From positions 416,001-480,000 of the forward strand of contig CAVYSW010000010.1 in the NCBI GenBank assembly GCA_963771275.1: a stretch of 64,000 nt of DNA. The letters are read 5' to 3'. Positions within the stretch are counted from its first letter, which is position 1, and every line of letters starts with the position of its first letter. Positions 58,227-64,000 of the stretch are shown piece by piece. This DNA is from an uncultured Gemmatimonadales bacterium (GTDB lineage Bacteria; Gemmatimonadota; Gemmatimonadetes; Gemmatimonadales; GWC2-71-9). Both the position numbers and the translations under genes were made by a program. The notes beneath the pieces are model-generated. The model saw nothing but the letters and a program-made list of their open reading frames with translations, was not told the origin of the DNA and made no database searches.

Positions 58227-59770
58227 GGGGGGGTGGCCCCATCGCGCCGCAGGGCTGCCACGAGCCGGCGTGCCTCGGGATGGCCGAGCGCGAAGGTCAC
58301 TATCCCGTACCCCGCGGCGAATGTCGCAAGGCCCACCAGGCAAACGACGCCGACCGGCGCGCCCTCCAGGATGCGGGCTCCCGCGAGCGCCAGGCCGGCC
58401 GCGGCGGTCGCTCCCAGCAGCACCGCCACGAACGCCGGCCGGTCGGCGGCGGTCACCACGGGTCCGATGCGTCGCTCGAGCCGCGTGACGAGGAGGCTCA
58501 CGTTCACGTAGGAGCCCAACGCCGCCCCCAGCGCGATGCCGGCCGGACCGAGCACCTGCATGAGCAGGGCCTCCATGCCGGCCGAGAGCGCAACGACGAG
58601 CACGGCGATGCGCACGGGTGTGCGCGTGTCGCCGAAGGCGTAGAACCCCGAGGCGAACAGCTTGATGGAGGCCTGCCCGAGCAGGCCGATGGAGTAGGCT
58701 GCCAGCACGCCCGTCGCGACCGCGGTGTCCGCCGCCCCGAACTTGCCGGTCTGGAACAGCGTGGCGATGATCGGGGTCCCCAGCGCGGCGAACGCATAGG
58801 CGGATGGCACGACGAAGTAGGTGATGCGCCGTGCTCCGTCGGCGATCCGGCGGCGCACGACGGCCATCTCCGTGGTCGCGGCGTCGCGCGACAGCTCCGG
58901 CAGGGCGACCGCGGCGACGCTCACACCGAACAGCGACACGGGAAGCAGGGCGACGAGCTGGGCATAGCCGAGGACGGCGACCGCGCCCAGGCCGAGCAGC
59001 GAGCCCAGCTGGGTATCGACGACGCTCGAGACCTGCACGACGCCGGCGCCGACCACGACGGGCAGCCAGGCGCGTATCACCTGGCGCACGCCCCGCGGCG
59101 AGAGGCTGAGCCCCCACTCGAACCGCCCCAGGAGCCGCAGCGTGGTGGGGAGCTGGACCGCCAGCTGCAGCACGCTCCCGACCAACGCCCCGACCGCGAG
59201 AGCGACCGCCAGCCGCGCGCCGAGCAGCACGCCTCCCAGCGTCACCATGGTGGCGATCTGGACGATGTTCCAGATCGCTTGCGACGCGTAGGGGAGGAAG
59301 AACCGGCGATGCGTGTTGAGGATACCCAGGCACCAGGCCGTGAGGATGATGATCCCGAACATCGGGAACATGATCTCCACCAGTCGCACCGTGAGATCGC
59401 GCGTGGGCCCGCCGAAGCCCGGGGCCACGATGTCGGTGATGATCGGGGCCAGGGCGATGCCGACGGCGGCGGCGGCGGCGGAAACCAGTACGAGCAGGGA
59501 GGCGATCGTCCCCGCGAGCACGCGAGCATCCTCGGTTTCGCCGCGGGCGAGCATGCCGGCGTACACCGGAATGAACGATGCCGAGAGCGTCCCTTCCCCG
59601 AGCAGATTGCGGATCGCGTTGGGAATGCGCAGGGCCGCCCGGAACGCGTCGGCCGACGGGCCCAGTCCGAAGTAGTGGGCGAAGACGCGCTCGCGCAGGA
59701 AGCCGACGAGGCGACTGAGGAGGATCCCGGCGGCGACGCGCGTCGCGAGCCGTCCTTGGGACGGCGCCAT
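58223..59770 (-). CDS. murJ: Lipid II flippase MurJ
   Basis: SRLVGFLRE, ADAF, RIPN.IR.LLGEG.LSASFIP; many TMs. Confidence 0.95.
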   Translation of the reverse strand: MAPSQGRLATRVAAGILLSRLVGFLRERVFAHYFGLGPSADAFRAALRIPNAIRNLLGEGTLSASFIPVYAGMLARGETEDARVLAGTIASLLVLVSAAAAAVGIALAPIITDIVAPGFGGPTRDLTVRLVEIMFPMFGIIILTAWCLGILNTHRRFFLPYASQAIWNIVQIATMVTLGGVLLGARLAVALAVGALVGSVLQLAVQLPTTLRLLGRFEWGLSLSPRGVRQVIRAWLPVVVGAGVVQVSSVVDTQLGSLLGLGAVAVLGYAQLVALLPVSLFGVSVAAVALPELSRDAATTEMAVVRRRIADGARRITYFVVPSAYAFAALGTPIIATLFQTGKFGAADTAVATGVLAAYSIGLLGQASIKLFASGFYAFGDTRTPVRIAVLVVALSAGMEALLMQVLGPAGIALGAALGSYVNVSLLVTRLERRIGPVVTAADRPAFVAVLLGATAAAGLALAGARILEGAPVGVVCLVGLATFAAGYGIVTFALGHPEARRLVAALRRDGATPP

Positions 59771-59773
59771 CGT

Positions 59774-60061
59774 CTACCTGGCGGGCGGGAGCTTCGGGGC
59801 CGACTTCTCCTCGGCGCTCTCGAGGAGCCGCTGGATGAACTGGGTGTCGTCCTTGAGCAGCTGTATGCTGCGCCCGAGGTCGTCGACCTCGTCCTCCAGC
59901 ACTGCGAGGCGCTTCTTCATGTCTTCCACGTCGCCCGCGGTCAGGCCGCCCGCCTTGCGCGACTCGACGAGGCGGTGAAGGACAGGGGAATCCAGCACGA
60001 TCGCCAGGATCGGGATCATGAGGAATACCAGGAGGATGACAAATCCGATTGCCCACACCAT
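59774..60061 (-). CDS. Small membrane protein with C-terminal coiled coil
   Basis: N-terminal TM; heptad RLAVLEDEVDDL; fills the operon gap. Confidence 0.7.
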   Translation of the reverse strand: MVWAIGFVILLVFLMIPILAIVLDSPVLHRLVESRKAGGLTAGDVEDMKKRLAVLEDEVDDLGRSIQLLKDDTQFIQRLLESAEEKSAPKLPPAR

Positions 60062-60070
60062 GACCGGATA

Positions 60071-61612
60071 CTAGGCTCCCCGCAGACCGGGTTCAAGAGC
60101 ACCCGCCCACCGTTCGGCCGCGCCCTGCAGCGCGGCGAGGAACGGCGGCCCATATCGCACCAGGTACGACACGACGTTCAGGACGCGCTCCTGCGGCTTG
60201 TCGAGTGGATAGAGGCTGCGCCGTGATTTCGCAAGCTGCTGCGCCACAATGTCGTTTTGCTGCGTGAGATGCGCGAGGATCCGCTTCTCGATGTCCTGCA
60301 GGCCGGCCAGCGCCGCATGCTGTGCCGATTCCACCGGCCGCTTGAGGGTGGGATCGATGCTCACGGCACCCTGCCGCAACCCGGCATACTCCCGCGGGAT
60401 GACGTCGCGCAGCGTCCGGAGCGCGGCGAGGACGCTCTCGGGCATGTCCCCTCGCACGAGGCGCCGCTCGAGCGGTCCTGCGGGCGGCCGCAGGTCGGTC
60501 GGTTGCAGGCCGTACTTGTCGAGCAGCTTGCGGACGCGCGCTTCCACCACCATTCCCGACCACCGGGCGATGGGCGCCTGCGGGGGCACGCCGAGCGCTT
60601 CGTACAGCGGGGCCGCCTGGGGCAGATAGGCGAGCTCCCCCGGCCCGCCCACGTAGGCCAGCGTCGGGAGCAGGGCCGCCTCGACGACTGGTCGCAGGAG
60701 CACGTTGGGGGAGAACCGCTCCGGGGCCCGGTCGGCGAGCACGCGCAGCTCGTCGAGCGTGAACCGCTGGCCGGATCGCCGGGTCTGAAACGTCCCGTCG
60801 CGCAGCAGGAGGCGGTCTCGTCCGGCCGCACCCTCCACCATGACGGGCGTGGCGCCGTCGCCGGTGGCGACGGGAGCTGCGGCCCCGCGCGCCGCCAGCT
60901 CTTCGGCGCGGGTCGCGAGGGCGCGGTCGAGCGCGTCCGCCCGCGCCAGCGTCTCCAGCAGCAGGGGGCGCATGGCGCGCTTGGCCGCCTCGTGCGTCGG
61001 ACGGAACACCACGAGGCCGAACGGGCCCAACAGCTCCGCCAGCGCAGCCGCGAACGCGTCGGCGACGTTGGTCTCCGGCGTGTAATGCCGGGCGATCCAC
61101 CCGAGGACGGCGTCACGAAACTCCGACGGGGGCGTTTCGAGCCGCGTGGTTGCCACAAGATCGGTGATCGTCGGACCGAGGCGCTCGCGGTACATCGGCG
61201 TGAGCGGCGCGTCGGGGGAGCGCCCGGGCAGCGCCAGACGCAGGACGTCGCTCGCAGCGGTGAGCACGTGCGTCTCGCACGCCTCGGCGTGATCGTGGTC
61301 GTCGCCGGCCACCCAGAAGACCGGCACGACCGGCCTGCCGAGCACGTGCTCGAGGCGCGCCGCGAGGGCAACCGCCGACATCGCCTTGTAGACGGCGTAC
61401 AGCGGCCCGAGGAACAAGCCGGGCTGCTGGCCCGTGGTCACGCACAGGGTCCGCGGCGCGAACAGCCGGTCCAGCTGGGGCTCGGCCGCTCCTTCGGCGA
61501 GGCAGGCCGCGCGCAGGGCGGCCGCGGTTGGTCGCTCGCGCTGCGCGGCACGGTCATGCCACGGGATCGCCGGCAGCGGCGCGATCGGTGTCGGGAGCAA
61601 CTCCACCGTCAC
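60071..61612 (-). CDS. bshC: Bacillithiol biosynthesis cysteine-adding enzyme
   Basis: TTGQQPGLF.GPLY..K, PVFWVAGDDHD, FSPNVLLRP, YVGGPGELAY and PQER. Confidence 0.92.
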   Translation of the reverse strand: MTVELLPTPIAPLPAIPWHDRAAQRERPTAAALRAACLAEGAAEPQLDRLFAPRTLCVTTGQQPGLFLGPLYAVYKAMSAVALAARLEHVLGRPVVPVFWVAGDDHDHAEACETHVLTAASDVLRLALPGRSPDAPLTPMYRERLGPTITDLVATTRLETPPSEFRDAVLGWIARHYTPETNVADAFAAALAELLGPFGLVVFRPTHEAAKRAMRPLLLETLARADALDRALATRAEELAARGAAAPVATGDGATPVMVEGAAGRDRLLLRDGTFQTRRSGQRFTLDELRVLADRAPERFSPNVLLRPVVEAALLPTLAYVGGPGELAYLPQAAPLYEALGVPPQAPIARWSGMVVEARVRKLLDKYGLQPTDLRPPAGPLERRLVRGDMPESVLAALRTLRDVIPREYAGLRQGAVSIDPTLKRPVESAQHAALAGLQDIEKRILAHLTQQNDIVAQQLAKSRRSLYPLDKPQERVLNVVSYLVRYGPPFLAALQGAAERWAGALEPGLRGA

Positions 61613-62331
61613 GGGCGGACTCCAGTCAGAATGATGCGCGGGGCGGATGGTGCCGCCGGTCCTCCGGCATAGTCGCCGAACCGGTCCCGCACGGCGAGGC
61701 CGGCCGCCTCGAGCAACGCCGTCAGGTCCTCCGGCGTGAACAGCCGGACCCGCTCGACGAAGCTGCGCCCGTCGTCCATCAGGTGCATCTCCTTGACCAC
61801 GAAGCGCCCGTCGGGGCTCAGGCGCCGTTCGATCACCACGCGCTCGGCGCCGATCAATCGCTCTTCGTGGGCCACGAGGGTCGCCCGCACGGCTGCCGCG
61901 TTGAAGTAGTCCAGCACGAACACCCCACCGGGTCCGAGGAGCGCGGCGGCCGCGCGAACCACCGCCGCGTGCTGCTGGTCGTCCGCGAAGTAACCGAAGC
62001 TCGTGAACAGGTTGACCACCATGTCGAACGTGGCCGGCGCGAACGGCAGCCGGCGCATGTCCGCCCGCACGAACGTCACGGCACCCTTGGTGCGTTGCCG
62101 CGCGCGGGCGAGCAGCGGCAACGACAGGTCCAGCCCCACGGTGCGTGCGCCCCGTGCCGCGAGCTGGGCGGCATGGCGACCCGGGCCGCAGGCGAGGTCG
62201 AGCACGCGGCGGCCGGCGAGCGGAGACACCCGGTCGATCAGCGCGACCGCCGCCCCCGCGTCGCGGTCGTCGCGGTGCGGGTAGAGGCGGAGGTATTCCT
62301 CACCGAACCACTGCTCGAACCACTCGGTCAC
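61609..62331 (-). CDS. Class I SAM-dependent methyltransferase (possible bacillithiol N-methyltransferase)
   Basis: VLDLACGPGRH, ADMR and NLFTSFGYF; GTGA overlap with bshC. Confidence 0.85.
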   Translation of the reverse strand: MTEWFEQWFGEEYLRLYPHRDDRDAGAAVALIDRVSPLAGRRVLDLACGPGRHAAQLAARGARTVGLDLSLPLLARARQRTKGAVTFVRADMRRLPFAPATFDMVVNLFTSFGYFADDQQHAAVVRAAAALLGPGGVFVLDYFNAAAVRATLVAHEERLIGAERVVIERRLSPDGRFVVKEMHLMDDGRSFVERVRLFTPEDLTALLEAAGLAVRDRFGDYAGGPAAPSAPRIILTGVRP

Positions 62332-62332
62332 A

Positions 62333-62803
62333 TCACACGCCCTTGTGGTACGGCTCGCCCCGCAGGATGGTCACCGCGCGATACAGCTGCTCGCACAGGA
62401 CGAGGCGCGCCAGCTCGTGCGGGAGTGTGAGCCGCGACAGGCTCAGCCGGGTTTCGCACGCCACGAGCAGGTCGTCGGGCAGGCCGTGCGCGCCCCCGAT
62501 CAGCAACGCGACGTCCCGGGCGTCCTCCCGCCAGCGCCGCACGACGCCGGCAAACTCGGTGCTCGACGGCGCCCGTCCGCCGCGCGTGAGCGCCACGCAC
62601 CGTGCGCCGGGCGGCACCGCCGCCAGGAGCCGCTCGCCCTCCGCCGTCCGCGCGGCGGCCGGTGTCGGCGCCCGCCGGCCCGCCTCGCGCACCTCGCGCA
62701 CCGCGATGCCCAGGCCGCGCCGCGCGCGCCGCAGATAGTCGTCACACGCCGCCGCGAGCGCGGCGTCCCGTACCCGGCCGACGGCGATGATATGGACCAC
62801 CAT
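62333..62803 (-). CDS. rlmH: 23S rRNA pseudouridine-1915 N3-methyltransferase
   Basis: IAVG, IGGAHGL and LSLS.LTLPHELAR..L.EQLYRA..IL.GEPYHK. Confidence 0.95.
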   Translation of the reverse strand: MVVHIIAVGRVRDAALAAACDDYLRRARRGLGIAVREVREAGRRAPTPAAARTAEGERLLAAVPPGARCVALTRGGRAPSSTEFAGVVRRWREDARDVALLIGGAHGLPDDLLVACETRLSLSRLTLPHELARLVLCEQLYRAVTILRGEPYHKGV

Positions 62804-63199
62804 CAGGCACACATCCCACGGAGGCGATGGACGGCCGCGACGCGCTCGACGGCGAGCATGTACGCGGCGGTGCGCATGTTCACCTTGTGGTGGTGGGCTG
62901 CAGAGAGCACGTCGCGGAACGACCGCTGGAGGATGGCCGGCAGGCGCTCGTTGACCGTGGACCCGTCCCAGAAGTACCCGCCGCGGTCCCGCACCCACTC
63001 GAAATAGCTCACCGTGACGCCGCGCGTTGGCGCGGATGTCGGGAATGACGAACGCGCCTTGCTCCTCGAGAATGCCCGATCGAACCGCTCCATCATGGCC
63101 CTCGAACGGGTTGTCCTCGTTCAGCACAGGGTCCTTGCTGGGCCCCAGGATGTCGGTCGCCGGGCGAGCGCCCGGGTTCTGGGATGGCGTCTGGCTCAT
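62803..63199 (-). pseudogene. Glu/Leu/Phe/Val dehydrogenase relic with a large internal deletion and frameshifts
   Basis: N-terminal NPFE/AMMERFD joined to C-terminal [18 protein letters not shown]...MRTAAY.LAVERV. Confidence 0.85.
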
Positions 63200-64000
63200 C
63201 GCTCGTGCTCCGCCGCCGCGGTCAGGACTCCGGTGGCCTGCGTTCCCGCCCCGCACCGGACGCATCGCGTCAGGTCCCCGAGGCATCGGTACAGAGCTTG
63301 GTCGACCTCGGCGCGACCCTGCTCCCAGCTGATTCCCAACTCCGCGACCAGGGGCTCCGGGGCGTCCGCGGGCCATCGTGCGCGGAGCTTGGAGGCGTCT
63401 TTCGCGGTGACAACAACGTAATCAGCCTTCCGGGCGGCGCCGAGCAGGCGCGCCACGTCCCGGCCCGTGTACGGGTGATGGTCGCGCCAGGCCAGCAGCG
63501 CGACCCCGGCGCCGGCGACGCGGAGCTGGGCGACGAAGGCGGCGGGGTCGGCAATCCCGCACGCGGCGAGCACGCGCTTACCCGCCAGGTCGCCGAGCGA
63601 CGCTCGTCGCGTACTCCGGAGACCATGGAGCCCGGTGATCCCCAATCGGGCCACGGCAACGGGGCGTCGCGGCGCGCGCGCGCGCAACGCCCGGACGCCC
63701 TCCCGCACCATCGCCGGCGGTGCGGCCTTGACGGTCAGCACAATCAGATCCGCATGGACCAGTGTTCCCCAGGTTTCCCGCCAGGGCCCCGCCGGCAGCG
63801 GCCAGCGGGGAGCGGTGAGCGATTCGGCGCTCACGAGCACGATTTGGAGGTCGGCGCGCGCCCGGAGATGCTGGAACGCGTCATCGAGCACGAGCACCCG
63901 GGCGCCGGCGGCGGCGGCCTGCCGCGCGCTCCGCACCCGGTCGGCTCCCGTGACGACAACGCCTCCAGGAACGGCGGCGCGGTGTATCCCCGCTTCATCC
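63196..64000 (-). CDS. lpxK: Tetraacyldisaccharide 4'-kinase (5' part outside window)
   Basis: LVLDDAFQH, LPAGPWRE, GIADP..F, DHHPY and VTAKDASKL motifs. Confidence 0.9.
   Translation of the reverse strand, partial: DEAGIHRAAVPGGVVVTGADRVRSARQAAAAGARVLVLDDAFQHLRARADLQIVLVSAESLTAPRWPLPAGPWRETWGTLVHADLIVLTVKAAPPAMVREGVRALRARAPRRPVAVARLGITGLHGLRSTRRASLGDLAGKRVLAACGIADPAAFVAQLRVAGAGVALLAWRDHHPYTGRDVARLLGAARKADYVVVTAKDASKLRARWPADAPEPLVAELGISWEQGRAEVDQALYRCLGDLTRCVRCGAGTQATGVLTAAAEHER

Noticed and set aside
56400..60056. 1218-aa UvrC fusion shown in the ORF track
   Set aside because: The upstream part is an alternative frame over murJ; UvrC homology begins at the ATG at 58226, which overlaps the murJ stop.

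Overview
Very GC-rich chromosomal window from a diderm (LPS-making) bacterium. Gene content and order suggest Gemmatimonadota, which is an inference. It is mostly housekeeping: fabH-D-G-acpP-fabF, purE, guaA, ispF, xerD, kdsB-pyrG-kdsA-kdsC-lptC-lptA-lptB-rpoN, a surface-glycosylation cluster, dapF, then on the minus strand pcm, surE, gpsA, plsY, der, larC, thrC, uvrC, murJ, bshC, rlmH and lpxK, plus tRNA-Arg(CCT) and tRNA-Gly(CCC). The window appears to span the replication terminus: a 28-bp dif site lies at 42563-42590, where gene orientation and KOPS-like octamers flip. The best candidate for an undescribed system is a translationally coupled four-gene module at 5088-8051: an ECF sigma factor, a membrane anti-sigma with an exported AMPK-beta-like glycogen-binding (CBM48) domain, a secreted helical protein, and a probable outer-membrane barrel with a second CBM48. 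A DUF4382 lipoprotein gene with an ECF-like promoter precedes it. Other notable items are an LptB with a ~145-aa N-terminal extra domain, a methyltransferase coupled to bshC (possible N-methyl-bacillithiol), a collapsed glutamate dehydrogenase relic now in frame with rlmH, a frameshifted mntH, and two pairs of paralogous exported proteins. All calls come from reading motifs by eye; no database searches were run.
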